Positions 11,729-25,630 of a DNA stretch of 64,000 bases are shown here, in pieces (the first letter of the stretch is position 1; every line of letters starts with the position of its first letter). Below the pieces are notes generated by a model that was not told the DNA's origin, did not search any database, and saw only the letters and a list, made by a program, of their open reading frames with translations. Both the position numbers and the translations under genes were made by a program. Source of the DNA: Vitrella brassicaformis CCMP3155 (Eukaryota; Protista; Chromerida); NCBI GenBank assembly GCA_001179505.1, contig CDMY01000298.1:1-64000 (forward strand), given 5' to 3'.

Positions 11729-12535
11729 ATGGCGCCCGAGCGAGGAGCGGAGCCCAAGGGTCGGCTGGAGGAGCTGGTCTTCTGCAACTTCAAGAGCTAT
11801 GAGGGCGAGCGCCGCTTCGGACCCTTCAGACGATTCACAGGCGTCATCGGACCCAATGGATCAGGTACTCACGTCACGTGAGCACACACCTGCACGGCTG
11901 ATGGATGGATTGATGTGGCTGCAATGTGTGTGTGTGTGTTGCGGTGTGTTGTGTGTGGTGTGTGTTGTTGTGTTTGGGTGCACTGCAGGCAAGTCCAACG
12001 TGATGGACGGCATATCGTTTGCGTTGGGGGTGCAGTCCCGTCACCTGCGGGGCAGCAAGCTCGAGGACATGGTCTTCAGACGCGAGGAGGAGGAGGACAT
12101 CGCAGCGCTCAAACGATCGTACGCCTAATGTGTTGGGTGTGTTGGATGTGTTGGATGTGGCTATGTGTGTGTGTGGGTGCGTGGCTGGTTTGGATTGATT
12201 GCAGTGGTTGGGTGAAGCTTCGTTTCCGCACCGCGGGCGACGAGATGGTGGAGTTCCAGCGACAGGTCAAATACGACGGCACTTCCAAATACCTCATCAA
12301 CGGACACGTACTCAACCACTCAAGCCACGGCCGGAAACAACGCAGACGAAGCACAGACAGACGAGTGGTGTGTGTGTGTGTGTGTGTGAGTGTGTGTAGG
12401 TGACGAAGCGGGAGGACTACGAGTCGCGTTTGGGGTCCTACAACATACTGGTCAAGATCAAAAACTTCCTCGTCTTCCAGGTGGGTGGGTTGGTCAGAGG
12501 TGGCCGCACAGCACACACTCCTGCACCGCACCCTG

Positions 12536-12569
<34 letters not shown>

Positions 12570-15500
12570 AGGGTGACGTTGAGCGTGCGGCCCAGCGGTC
12601 GCCCGAGGAGCTGTCGCGGGAGATCGACGAGCTGTCCGGATCGTAAGCCGTACCACACACACAACACACAATACTGCGCCCATCCATGTGTGTACTTCAT
12701 GTGTGTGTGTGTGTGTGTGTGTGCAGTGGTGCGTTTCGCGAGGAGTATGAGGACCTGAAGAGGCAAAGACAGCTCGACCAAAACAGACTCACGTACGCAG
12801 CTGTGCACCACACACACCCTAAGCAGACAGACAGACAGACAGACGGACAGACGTGTGTTAGTGGGCACCCATCTCTCTCTGTGTGTGTGTGTGTATAGTA
12901 TTCTGTTCAAGCAGCGTCAGGCGATGCACAAGGAGGAGAAGCTGCTGAGGCAGATGAAGAACGAAGCAGAGGAGTGGAAAAAGAAACAAGAGCAACAGGC
13001 GCGCTGGCGGGCCGACACACCCACCACCGCCACCACCACCACCACCACGCCACCACGGATCCCCCTGCCTGTGTTCTGTGTGTGTGTCAGTATGCCAAGA
13101 AGGGCCAGAAGCAGCTGTTCCGTCTGCTGTGCATCGACAGCAACCTGCAGAAGCTCTGTGAGAAGATCGAGGGCAAAGATGACAGCCCCGGACTCCAGTA
13201 AGCCAACACAAACACACACACACACACACAGACAAAATGGGCATCCCATCCACGTGTGTGTATGCGTGCGTGCATTCTGTGTGTCAGGTCTCGTCTCGAG
13301 GAGGCGCAAACCACCATGGAGGAGGCCGCCGCACAAGTCAAAGAGGTGAAGAAGTACCAACCCTCCCCCGCCCCCCCCCTCCCCCCCGATGGATGCACTC
13401 GTGTGTGTGCCTGTGTGTTGTGGTCGTCAGTTGGAGAAGAGCAAGGCCGCGCTGCACATCGAGGCCACCAAGGCGGCCAAGGCCGTCACACGCATCAGAA
13501 ACGAACTCAAAGACATCGTACCGTACACGCGCGTGTCCATCCGATGCATGCTGTCTGTCCATGTGTGTGTGTGTGTGTGTGTGTAGGCATCTGAGCTGAC
13601 GCCCACTCAGCAGCGTCTGGAGTTTGCCGAGAAGCAGAAGGTGGAGCTGGAGGCCAAACTCAAGAAGGAAGCCGAGAAGAGCGAGTCGCTCGAGAAGCGC
13701 ATACAAAAGGTCCGCGACCCCCACCCCCACCCCACACCCTCACACGCGCGCGCACAAGGAGACGGCACACTGATGCGTGTGTGTTTGTTCAGTTGGAGGA
13801 GCTGATCAAGGAGTCCGAGGAGAGGTTGGCAGCGATCCGGCAGCAGGAGCCGCGCGACCTCGACATGACCCGAGAGCAGGAGGACGTACGCACACACTCC
13901 AACAACAATCAACTCGCCACACCACACCGCTCCTCTCTACATGTCTCTGTGTGTGTCTGGTGTGCGTGTATGTGTGTGTTTAGGAGTATGAGCGCATCAA
14001 GGAGATTGCAGAGCGGGAGACGGCACCAGCGGTGAGAAGGACAAAGGGAAAGGAAGAGAGAGAGGAACACGGCACGTGCGTGTGCGTTCTATGAATCAGC
14101 GTCAGTCCCGTTCGCACCACCAGAAGGACCTGTCGGAGCTCAAATCAAAGATCAACGCGGTATACACCGTTGGGTGAAGTGCCTTGCCCGCACGCACTCC
14201 TGCACACACATGTGCACCTGCGCGTCTGTATGCGACTTTGCAGGTGGAGACGGACATCCAGGACGGCGAGAGCAAGCTGAAGCGGGTCAGCTGACCCAAC
14301 CCACGCTATGCGCCACAAAGGTGTGCCTTGTGTGTGTGTGTGTGTGTGGCGTGTGTTCAGCTGGAGGGCGAGTTGGAGAAGGCGCTCGAGGAGAAGAGCA
14401 ACACCGAGCAACACATACAGCAGAGAACGGTCGGTCAGGCACCACAGCAACACCATCCACACACACACACACGTGTCCTCCCTGATGTGTGTGTGTGTGT
14501 GTGTGTGTGTGCAGACTGACCTGGACACCGCGCGGAACGAGCTGCAGGACAAGAGCAACACATTCGACGTACGCCAGCCATCCCCCGACCACTACTACAC
14601 ACCCCACCCTGTGCACACACCCATCGTGCCTGTTGGTGTGTGTGTGTGTGTGTGTCGTGTCATCAGACGGCCTTGAAGCGCAAGGGCGAGCTCGAGCAGC
14701 GCATCCAAGCACTCAATGACAAGAAAATGAGCTGCTCTGCCAGCAAGGTAGCCCACCTTAGCCCCTGCCGACACACAACACACCCACACACACACCCACA
14801 CACACACACTCGCACGCGCGTCTGTGTGTGTGAATGGTTCGCCCGTCGATCAGCGCATGATAGAGAAGGAGCGCGAGCAGCAGCGCCTGATAGCTGAGAT
14901 GAAGGAGCACGTGCCGGGAGTGCACGACAAGCTCTTTAACCTCCAGAGCTGCCCACAGCACAAGCTCAGGGTGGCTGTGGCGGCCGCCCTCGGCAAGTGG
15001 GCCGACCACGTCGTTGTCAATGACTATGAGACCGCAAAGGTGCGTCCGCCCTGGAAGGAAACATCGCAAAAGGCCGTACGCTCCCTCTCTGTCTGTGCAC
15101 GTGTGTTGTGTGGATGGTGCGTTTGTGTGTGTCAGCGTGCGATTGAGTTTCTCAAGAAGAAGCCGAAAGCTGGTCAGATGGACTTCCTGCCCCTCAACAC
15201 CAAGACCAAAAAGACCGACCCACGGTCGCTACACCACACACACAAGACACACACAACACATGGATGTGTGTTGGTTGTTCTCGTCTCGTCAGTCTGCGTG
15301 ACTTTGGCTCGAAGTGTCGCGCGGCGATCGACTGCATCCAAGTCAAGGACGAGGCGTACCGAGGCATCTTCGAGGCAAGACACCAAAGGCACACCCAGGC
15401 ACACACACACACACACACACACAACTACATATATGTGTGTGTGTGTGTGTGCAGAAAGCGTTGGGCGACACGGTCATCACGGACGACCTCGAGGAGGGCA

Positions 15501-15576
15501 GACGGATCGCATTCCAGTAACCTCCCCCACTTACACACACACGCACACACAGATGATGGGCGCTTGCCATGCATCT

Positions 15577-15607
<31 letters not shown>

Positions 15608-18600
15608 CATGGATCAGGGTGTGTCCAGCTCAGAACCTGCGTGTGCGTGTGGTGACCCACCGGGCGGAGATCATCAAGAAGAACGGAAACATGTCCGTCG
15701 ACAGCTCGGTCAGCCCGCACCCCCCCACCCAAGCCCCCCACCCACACCACACACAATGGATGGCTTCTCTCCAATGTTGAGTGTGCGTGCAGGCCGGCGA
15801 GGGTGGCGGTCGCTTTGAGGCGTCTGAGCTGGAGGTACTGAAGTAACAAGACCACACACCGAACGCGCTCAACGCCGCACCGAGCAACGCGCTCTCCATC
15901 GTGTGCAGGCCATCGAAACTGAGTTGGAGGCCCTCACCAAGGAGTACGGCGACATCGCACACATAGAGGTGAGTGGGCAACACGAAGATGGTGCAAACGG
16001 CCACGTGTGAGATGCGTGTGCTGTGTTGTGCGTGTGGTGCAGTTGACAGGTTCTGGCGAGCGTGAGGCCCTCGAGCGCAAGATACGGCAGCTCGAGACCA
16101 TCATCCAGACACAATCCACTCGGCTCGACGTGCGTTGACCCTCACACCCCGCCCCCCAACACCCACACACATGTGCCCATCTCCCTCTCTCTCTCTGTGT
16201 GTGTGTGTGTCTGCGGTGTGTGCAATCAGCAACTGGGTGTGTCGATCAAGGGCAAGGAGCGGGACCGCAGCAAGACCACCGACATCGTCAAGAACGACAA
16301 AGCCAAGCTCGACCAGCTCAACAAACAGAGGGAGGAGTGCGAGGCCAAGATAGAACAGGTAGGTCGCCACCCACCATACGCGACACACGACTGCGTGATA
16401 ATCCGCACAAGTGTGTTTGTGTGTGTGTGTGTCTGCCGGTTTGTGCAGTTGTCTAACGAGATTCTGGAGTCCGAGAAGGGTCACTTCGCCGAGCTCTCGG
16501 CAGCACTCGGGGTGGACGACGTCAGAAAGGTAGACATCCAAACCTCACCCAGCAAATACGTTGATGCGCGTGTGTATCCGTTCGTTCGTTGTATGTGCTG
16601 TGCAGCTGGACGACGACATCCGGAAGGAGAAGAAGCGCCGCGAAGAGGACGAGTCCAAACTCCAAAGACAAATCGCAAAGAACAAGTAGCCATCCCCCAC
16701 ATACCACTCCCTCTCCCTTTCCCCCTCCCCCACCCCCACAAACACACCTGCGCTCTCTCTCTCTCTCTGTCTCTCTCTCTCTCTCTCTCCGTCCGTGTCT
16801 GTGTGTTGATCAGGACCGATTTGGCCAACTGCCAGCGCACCCGTCAGACGGTGGGCGACCCTGCGAAGCTGCAGGCGAGTGTGGACAAGGTCGAGTCGGA
16901 CATGATAGCGCTCAAGGAGAAGGAGGGCAAGCTCAAGAAGGACAAGATGGACAAGGAGGGGAGGCTCAAGGACAAGGAGAAACAGGCCAAGGAGAAGAAA
17001 GACGCGCAGGACAAGCACGACAAGGATATCAAAAAGTGAGTGAGCTCTGCGAATGAATGGGGATAACGGGGGGGGAAGGTCGGTGACTGAATATCTCCCT
17101 CGGCCTCCCTCTCCGTCTGTCTGTCTCTCTGTCTGTCTGTGTGTGTAGGCATCGTGAGACCCTCCGTGTCAAGCAGAAGGCCAAGACAGAACTCGAGAAC
17201 GAACTCGCCAGTGCGGTGAGACGAGACAGACCTACGCGCCCCCCACCGACCCCCACACACACACACGCCATTGCCTCTGTCTGTCTTTCTTTCTTTCTTT
17301 CTTTCTGTCTGTCTCTCTGGTGTCTGTGTGTGCAGCGGAAGCGCATCAACCAGTGCTATGTAGAGATGGTGGACATCATCCGGCAGTGCCTCATGGAGCA
17401 GGTCAAGATACCACTCACAGTCGGATCCATGGACGCATTCAGGTCAGCACCCACCCTACCTCATCGCCTCCTCCTCACTCCACACACCATCTGTCTGTCA
17501 TGATGGCTGCAGGCCTCTGTTGGACGAGGTAGAGGTGCTTGACCGCGTTGCCGGGGCCGCCACCCCCTCCCAGACGCCGTCGCTCACCCTCAACGACTCG
17601 CACGACGCTCCGGAGGGCTTCGACGCGCTCCAGAAGAAGTTCATGGAGTGCTGCAAGAACCTCTCGGGGGAGGGGGGCGGCTTCGACTACAACAACCTCG
17701 GCGATGAAGTATATGCCGCTGCGGTGAGCATGGAGGGGGAGAGGTCGGCGCATCGACCATCCCTCCATCTCTCTCTGTGTGTGTGTGTGTGGGTGGGCGG
17801 TGGTAGGGCAAGGGTGCCGATGCGATTCAGCAGCAGCTGGATGAGTACGACAAGGAGATCGAGGCCATCCAGGCTGAGCTTGACAAGACCAAGCCCAACA
17901 TGAAGGCCGAGGAGAAACACGACGAGGCCATGCAGCAACTCAAGGTCAGTCAGTCGGGGCAAACAACCAGCCACTGGGCCTTACACACACCCTTTGGTGT
18001 GCCTATGTGTCTGCAGAAGCTGGAGAAGGAGTACAACAAGGCGCAGAGGGACATGAGAGGTGCGGTGCAGTCTCCACGACAGAGACACACAGAGATGTGC
18101 ACACACACATGAATAGATGTCCTTCTCTCTCTGTGTGCTTGTCTGTCTGTCTGTCTGTGGTGTGTGTCTGTCCATCCCGTCAGCGACTGACCAGGAGTGC
18201 AAGGCCCTGCGCAAGAAGCGCCACGACCTCTTCCGCAAATGCTTCAACAAAATCAAACAGGAAATCAAAATGTAGAGAGCGCCATACACCCATACCACCC
18301 ACACCACACACCACACACACTCTCTCTCTGTGTGTGGTCAGCATCTACCCCGAGGTCACCAAGTTCGATGACAACGACGTGGGCGGCAACGCCTTCCTCG
18401 ACCTCGAGGACGAATCCAACGAAGAAGTCTTCAACGTGTACGCCTCACCCCCACAGACGCAAAGGCCCACACGCACGCACACACACACCCCACATGAGCA
18501 TAGCACGTGCGTGCTCTTTGTCAGGCCGGTCAAGTACCATGCCATGCCGCCTGCCAAGCGCTTCAGAGACATGTCCCAGGTGGGTGGGTCCACCTATGGG

Positions 18601-19532
18601 CAGACAGGCATACGGGAACCCCACACGGATGTGTGTGTGTGTGATATGGTCACTCAGTTGAGTGGTGGCGAGAAGACCATGGCGGCTTTGGCGCTGCTGT
18701 TCGCCATCCAGCGCTTCAGACCCGCGCCATTCGTAGTCCTAGACGAGGTCGATGCCGCACTCGGTAACTACGCACACAAATGCGCCCATGCCATCCCGCG
18801 CACTCATCGAGACGGACCGCTGTTTGTGTTGTGGTGTTTGTCTTCTTCTGTCAGATCCGCGCAACGTGTCGTCGCTCGCCCGCTACCTCCGCAAAGCCCG
18901 GTTCCAGTGCATCGTCATCTCACTCAAAGACAAGTACACCCACAACACAACACACCCAACTGGCACACCCACGCACACGCCCATCCACTCTGTGTGTGTG
19001 TGTGTGTGAGTGTGTCAGGTTGTTTCGCGAGGCCGACAGTCTGGTGGGCATCCACAAGGACCCCGAGGAGCAGACCTCCGACACCCTCACACTCGACCTC
19101 ACCGAATTCGACGCGCCGGCCGAGCGCAAACGCCGCAAGCAGGAGCAGCAGGGCTCACAACGAGACGACGACCAAGATGACCAAGATGACCAAGATGACG
19201 ACCAGGAGCCCGACCAAGACGACGAGCATGACGACCCACCATCACCAGCAGCACCAGCAGCAGCAGCGGCCGCCATCGGCAATGGAGATGACGCACAGAT
19301 GATGAATGGCGTGGCGGGGCACGACCACGGCCATGATGGCGAGGAGCAGAACGGTGTGGACGGCCATGACATGGAGGTGGACATGGTCAACGGGCAGCAG
19401 CAGCAGCAGCAGCCTGAGGAGGACGAGAACATGGGCGGCGAGGGAGGCGGTGGCGGTGAGGGTGACGTGGACATGAACGGTGTGGCGGAGGAGGGCGATG
19501 GTGAGCAGATGCAAGATGATGACGACAACTGA
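11729..19532 (+). CDS. SMC1: Structural maintenance of chromosomes protein 1 (cohesin), many short introns
   Basis: [33 protein letters not shown]; hinge motifs; [44 protein letters not shown]; acidic low-complexity C-tail. Confidence 0.96.
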
Positions 19533-20353
19533 CCCTACCCACACAACCACTCGTCCACACACACACACACATACTCACTGGGTGGGAGAGAGGGGAGGGT
19601 ATCGCAGCGAGCCAGACGGCCATGTGGTTCCATAGTGGGGAGGGAGATCGGTTGGTGGGGTACTGGCTAACTCAGACACACACAAAGACAGACAGACAGA
19701 CAGACAATCACGTAGGCAGACCGGCAGACAAGCGGCTACTGTATTAGATGTACACCTACGCACTCACTCTCTTACTGACTCATTGATTGGTTAAGGTGTC
19801 CTTCCTCTCCCTCTCTCTCTCCCTCTCTTGTGCAGGTGGCTAGCCCCGGCTATGCCATGCCATGCCATGACCTTCCTCCCTCTTCCTCCTCTCTGACCGA
19901 TCGCCCTGTCTGTCGACCGACCTGTCCGGCTCTGCAGCTGCGTTTTTGACATGCGTCAGTGTCCTTCTCTGTTGATTCTCGGTTGCTGGCTGGAGATGGT
20001 TTGATGCATGCGAGGACAAGCCGCATGTGTCGAGCCATCCACAGCAGGCGCCCTGGCATCAGCAGCGAGGGAGGGAAGGACGAAAGAGCAGTCGTGACGA
20101 CCGACTATCTACCCCTTATTTGTGAATACATGCAGACAGACAGACGGACGGCCTTGACTGACATGGGATGGGTGGTGTGCGCGTCGGTTTTTCTCCCCTG
20201 ATCGACTGACTGGTCGCGTCACTGCCGACAGCATGCGAAGGTAACAGGCGTGGTGTGCTGCATTGTGTTGTGGTGCTGCTGTCGTGTCCATCAGGCGAGA
20301 AAGACAGGCGCGTGCGCCTACCTACCCAGACACGCACGTGGATATGATGTACT

Positions 20354-20457
20354 TGGTGGAATGTGAGCTGTGGGACTATCCACCTGTCTATCGCTCGCTT
20401 CGCTTGATGTGCATCCTATCCTGTGGCCGCCAGACGCAGCACATGTTGGTTGAATGA
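20354..20457 (+). repeat. 104-bp direct repeat, copy 1
   Basis: Matches 25631-25734 at 103/104 positions (C20381 vs A25658). Confidence 0.95.
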
Positions 20458-20806
20458 ATCCGTTGATGACTGTGTGGACCCCTGTCCGTCCATCCATCCA
20501 TCCACTGTCGTCCCAACAAACATCTTGTTGTGTGTGAGAGTCTCGAACGAATGGGTTGTGTGATACTTGATGACGCCATGCACGCACAGGGTCGGTCCCA
20601 TGCACAAATTTCATGAATGTGGTGTTCGCGCATCTCATACAGCTGTACAGCACATGCATGGCGTCAGCTCAGAATCGCTGCACTGCCTGTCGTCTGCTAC
20701 GAGTGATCCACCAACACAGCCAGCCTGGCAGACAAGCATCCCAGACATTCACGAAGAGCAGACAGTCAAGGCCTGTGAGTCAGAATGATTGGCGATTCTC
20801 TCACCT

Positions 20807-22938
20807 TCAGGCATTGGATGGTGCAGTCATTTTCACGTACGTGCCCCCAAAGACGCGATTGATGTTGATTGTGAGGCCTCCGACGTTGGTTCCCACAGGG
20901 AAGGGGGCGCGGATGGAATCATGCTGCACAGCTGTAGCGTCGACCGTCAGAGTCACACGCTGAAGGCCCCTGATGTGCCGGATCACCGACACGAGGCCGG
21001 TGCGGACAACGCTGCCCGCATCCTCCACGCCAGTAGGCACTAAAGGGAGGAAACACACACAAGGCAGAAATGAGGACGGACATAGCTAATGCCCTCTTCT
21101 CTCAGCGTACGTGTCAGCTTGAAGTCTAGCGCCTTGATCGTTGGCAATCTGTCCGCCCCCACCAGCTGGTCGACGCCGACCTCCCCCATCCGCACCTCAC
21201 TCACCTCCCTCTCCCTCCCCAGCGCCGCCAACACGCCCACCTTCTCCTCAGCACCCGACAACCGGTAGATGTCCACCCTCCCCACCTTCTTGGGCATCTT
21301 GCTGGCGAACAGCTGGCCAGCAGCAACACCCAGGTTGCTCCAGACATGCAGCTCTGAGGCTTTTGGGAACGGCTGCAAGTGGCTGATCATGGCGGGGTCG
21401 GGCGATGGCGTGTTGGCCGGGGGATCGAGGCCAGGGGCGTCGTTGTGAGCCAACACCTTCGTGGCCTCGTCGAATGAGAGTGTCTTGGCCATCTCGCTGG
21501 CCGATTGGCTGTGGCTGGCGTGCGGGTCGGTGAGGCCGTCCCCGGTGAAGGTGTACCTCACCGATGCGGCCTGCAATGCCAGCTGCTGGATCATGGTCTT
21601 GAGTGGGGGTGAGGGGCGGATGGGGAACTCGTGGTGGTAGAAGACGGAGAGGTCGAAGCCGAAACGGCCGCAGGTGGTGGTGAGCGTGAGTGGGGCGTCT
21701 GGTCGGCAGCACCTGCGGATCAGCCGATCCAGGGCGAGCAGCACAGGCATATTGCGGCGGCTGATGTCGTAGCCGACAGCAAAGCCCACGCGTAACTCCT
21801 GGAGCGACTGTCGGCAGCCACGCGCAACGAGCACTTCCTGAAGACAACAAGCACAGATGCAAGAAGGACATCATGAGCCAACCCAGGTGCCTCCCTTGTT
21901 GTCACCTGAAGCCGATCGACGCCCGCCGGGTTGTTACCTTCGACGTGAATGGTGCCGATGCTCTCCAGCTGGGCGAGTCGCCCTCCCTGCTGCCCATCAC
22001 GTGCCGCAGGGACGCGCTCAAATACATCCGCCCACCCCTCACCCCTAAAAGCACCGCCCACACGCCGCAGCGAGCGGGACGAGCTGATGAATCGGCCCAC
22101 TCTGTCGCCGCGGGACCCCCCCTCCAGCACAATGCCGAGTGAGGGCATCTCCCAGCGTCGGCCGGCCAGCCTCCGACGGGGACCCTTAAAGGTGGTGAGT
22201 GCGTGGAGGGTCGGGGGCGGGTCGAGACGAGGGGGGAGAGGCGGACGAGTCCTTGCGACGGTGTGCCTCGCCGTGCCTCTCAGCCGAACCTCTTGGATGG
22301 TGATGGCCTGCAGGGTCCCGCCGCCCATGTTGGCTGCACGTCGCCGGCCACGTGGCCCTCTACCAGGGCCACAAACACGTCCAGACACCACAAGGCAGCG
22401 TGGAAGGGACGGCGGAGGACGATGGTTGTGAGATGGGTGAGAAGCGCCCCCAGCTGGCTGACGAGAGGGGCGGGAATGCGCCGCCAGAAGCACCGCTCCT
22501 CGCACGTGCCGCAACTGATGGTGAGGTGCGTGTGGGCCGGTGCAGCCTGCTGGTAGATGGACTGGCTCAGCTGCACCAGCAAGTAGAGGGGCAGGAAGGC
22601 CACAATACTGACGCGAAGGCCAGGCTGCAAACACCCACATCACACACAGGGAGGAATCAGCGTGGCGTTCATTCTGGACATGTGTGCATCGGCTTGCCTC
22701 GTCAGTGATTCCTTGCCAAAGGACGCGCTCCCTCTCTTCCCGACGCTGTCGCTCTCCATCACTCTCGCCACCACCACCACCACCAGCAGCAGCCGATGAA
22801 GACGCTGCCGGCGTGTGATAAGACCTCTTGACCTGCACCCATGCACCCAGCACACACACAGCCAACATCCCTCTGTTGACATGCGCCAGTTATTGCAAGC
22901 GGTGCTGCGATGCGCCTTACCTGTCTACCGTCCTCCAT
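20807..22938 (-). pseudogene. Member of an expanded Vitrella-type lineage-specific protein family; 1-bp frameshift near 22345 (pseudogene or sequence error)
   Basis: Exons MEDGRQ / VKRSY..GITDE / PGLRVSIVAFLP...VEGHVAG, then a frame change to RRAANMGGGTLQAITIQE; later exons ..LSFDEATKV..FPKASEL..; family assignment is from recall, not from a search. Confidence 0.65.
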
Positions 22939-23688
22939 GGCTGCAGATCTGATTCAGCGGCTCGGTATCTGCCCTCCGCTGCGATGAGCACTCCAATCAA
23001 TGCCTTCTCTGAGGCCGCTACTTAACCGATGCTAACGGTCCCTCCCTGACGCACAAACACACACAGCACATGATCGAGGGAGGCACCGATGGTGAATGCG
23101 CCTCCTCCCTGCCTGCGGTACCTCAGGAAGGACAGACGCGATGATGCTTCTCAGTCGACCCATCGATTTGAGGCGTAGAAGGCACAGCGCGGGGCCTCAG
23201 CCGCCCCTGATGCTGCACGCGCCCCCCCCTGCCTCCTCTTCCTTGCATCGGTCCGATCTGCGAGCTCGAATCTCCGCATGGGAAACTTCCGGGTTCTCAG
23301 TTTTGACCGATGACAGGCTTGTCTGATGCCTCCACACTTCCTCTCGTCACCATACACCCATTCACTCACTCACTCACTCACTCACTGACCGGTGCGCGAA
23401 GCCTTCCCATCAGCGAGGCTCACTGAGGCGGGCAGACTCATAGAAACGACAGGAAACACATATTCTCTTCCCTCCCTGCGTGGCTGTGCGGTGTGTGCGC
23501 TGTCAGATCTGACGGTGACGGGCTGAAATGAGAGATTTCGCACATGTGCGGGGCAGCAAGCGCCTGACGCCAAAACTCACACACTGAGCAGTGAGTCGGT
23601 AAGCTGAGAGGACAGGCGCACTGATGACTGCATCCCATCTCGCTGTGTGGTTGCTTCCTTGGTGCAGGTGGTTGACCGTGTTCGTCAC

Positions 23689-25404
23689 ATGGACAGTAGC
23701 CACGAGGCCCCGGCTCCCTCGAGAGGTGGGCGCCAAGAAGAGACCAACAGCAACAAACAGCATAGGGAAGCGGTACGCACAAGTCCACACCCACACAGAC
23801 ACAGACATACAAGCTCATTGATGTGTGTCGCTGGTCAGGTGTCTGCTGATGACGGCGGCGCCAAGAAGCGTAGACGCGTAGACATCAGCCATGCTGCTTC
23901 TGGTGGTGGTGGTGGGCCTAGCGGAGGTACGCAAAGCATCGGCTGCCGTTGTGGTACTGCACATCGTCATTACCCCGTCCTGTGCTGTGTGTTGTGGTGC
24001 CTTCAGGTGGCTCGATTGCTGCGGCAGAGTCACAGCAGCAACAAGAGGGAGGTGCCACCTCCCTGTCGGCAGATCTGACGACCCCCATCCAGCACCCCCA
24101 GCAGCAGCAGCAGCAGCATCCCGTGTGGTACGTCTGCGCCCACCGCGGCAACGATTTCCTGCTCCGGGATGTGCTGCAGCTGAGGAAGACCTGCTGCTGG
24201 GCCAGAGGCCTCTTCGGAGCGCCTCAGCTGCGACAGCGGCTCAACCATGAACTCAGCACACAGGCGGGGCTGCGGCGGACGGCCAACGGACAGCAGCTGC
24301 TGACATTTGACGAGCAGCAGATGGGCGAGGGTGACCTGCTGGCGGCGCTGTGTGTGACGGAGGCGGGCGGCTGGAGTGAGATGAGCGAGGCGGTCGAGCT
24401 GGCGGGGCAGTGCAGCAACTGCCAGCTGCCTGTGAGGCTCACTCCGGCCGATCTGCACCAATACCCAAACAAGACGGTAAGCCAACCGAGGGAGGGAGGG
24501 AGGGAGGGAGAGAGACGAATGGCTCTCAATCGGTGTGGGGTGTGGTGTGTTGATGTGTTGTGTGTGCAGGCGTATTTGGCCGCTCCCCGTGTGTTGGCTC
24601 AGCTCAAGATGGTCGGCCCCCACATCCACCTCGGCGACGGCGTGACCTTCCAGCTGTTCCAGCACGGCAACACACTGCGGGCCGTCAAGGACGAGGACGG
24701 CTTCGAGATCGACATCAACCCGCCCATCCCTGCTTACCATCTCTTTCAGCAGCACCGACAGCAGCACGACCCGCCAGTCCGCAGCAGGATCTACTATTCT
24801 CGGCCCACGAACTGGTTGCTGCTGAGTGCATACGACTACGCATCTGTGTCGTCGTGTGTCAAGAAGATCGTCCTCGACACACACTTCGTGCAGACTCCTC
24901 AGATCAACAGGTGAGGCGGGGCATCGCTCTGTGAGGGCATTGCCACGACACACGAGTGTGTGTATGTGTGTGTGTCAGGCGTGTCGACAACGGCCGGCCG
25001 GACACCATCACGACACAGTCCCCCCACACACCAGTGGCGGGCTGCACCACCACCGCATCATTCCGCTTCACTGACAGTCACTTGACTTGGCGTGATCTCG
25101 TGCTCACCGACGCCGGCCACTCGTTCGTCGCACGGATCGCCGTCACGGATCTGCTGCACAACAACGGTCAGCCCAGCACAGCACAGCAAACCGTTGGGGG
25201 AGGAGGGTGGCAAATCCAGGGAGGCACATACTCTTATGCGCTGTCCTCCCCTGTCGTCCATTTGCAGTGCGTGTGCTCATCTCCACGACCGAGTCGGCTG
25301 TGTCTGGTGTGGGTGGTGCCTTCAAGGACCGCTTCCCGGAGACCACTCGGCTGGCGCGTGTGGTGCTTGGGGCCAGCATCGCGCAGAGGATCTTCGAGCG
25401 ATAG
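23689..25404 (+). CDS. Member of a second expanded Vitrella-type lineage-specific protein family
   Basis: Spliced ORF MDSSHEAP.. / LLRDVLQLRKTCCWARGLFGAPQLRQRL..LAALCVTEAGGWSEMSEAVELAGQC..AYLAAPRVLAQLKMVGPHI..FPETTRLARVVLG*; canonical GT-AG introns; function unknown. Confidence 0.7.
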
Positions 25405-25630
25405 ACAGCTGGTGTATGTCTGCATCAAACACGACTGACACCAGCAGAAGATGCCGACACGACGTACTCAATGGTGTCGGTGTCTGATATCTTTCGGTGC
25501 GTGTCAGGCTGGGGGATGGTGTGGTGTTGACATTGGAGCGATCTGCCCGACATATTCTCGCAAGTGTGGGTGGTAGATAGTGGCGTGCTGTCTGCTGTGG
25601 TACTGGCTGATGGATGGGTGGGTGGGTGGG

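Noticed and set aside
19168-19215. GACCAAGAT tandem repeats
   Set aside because: They encode the DQD low-complexity acidic tail of SMC1; not an array.
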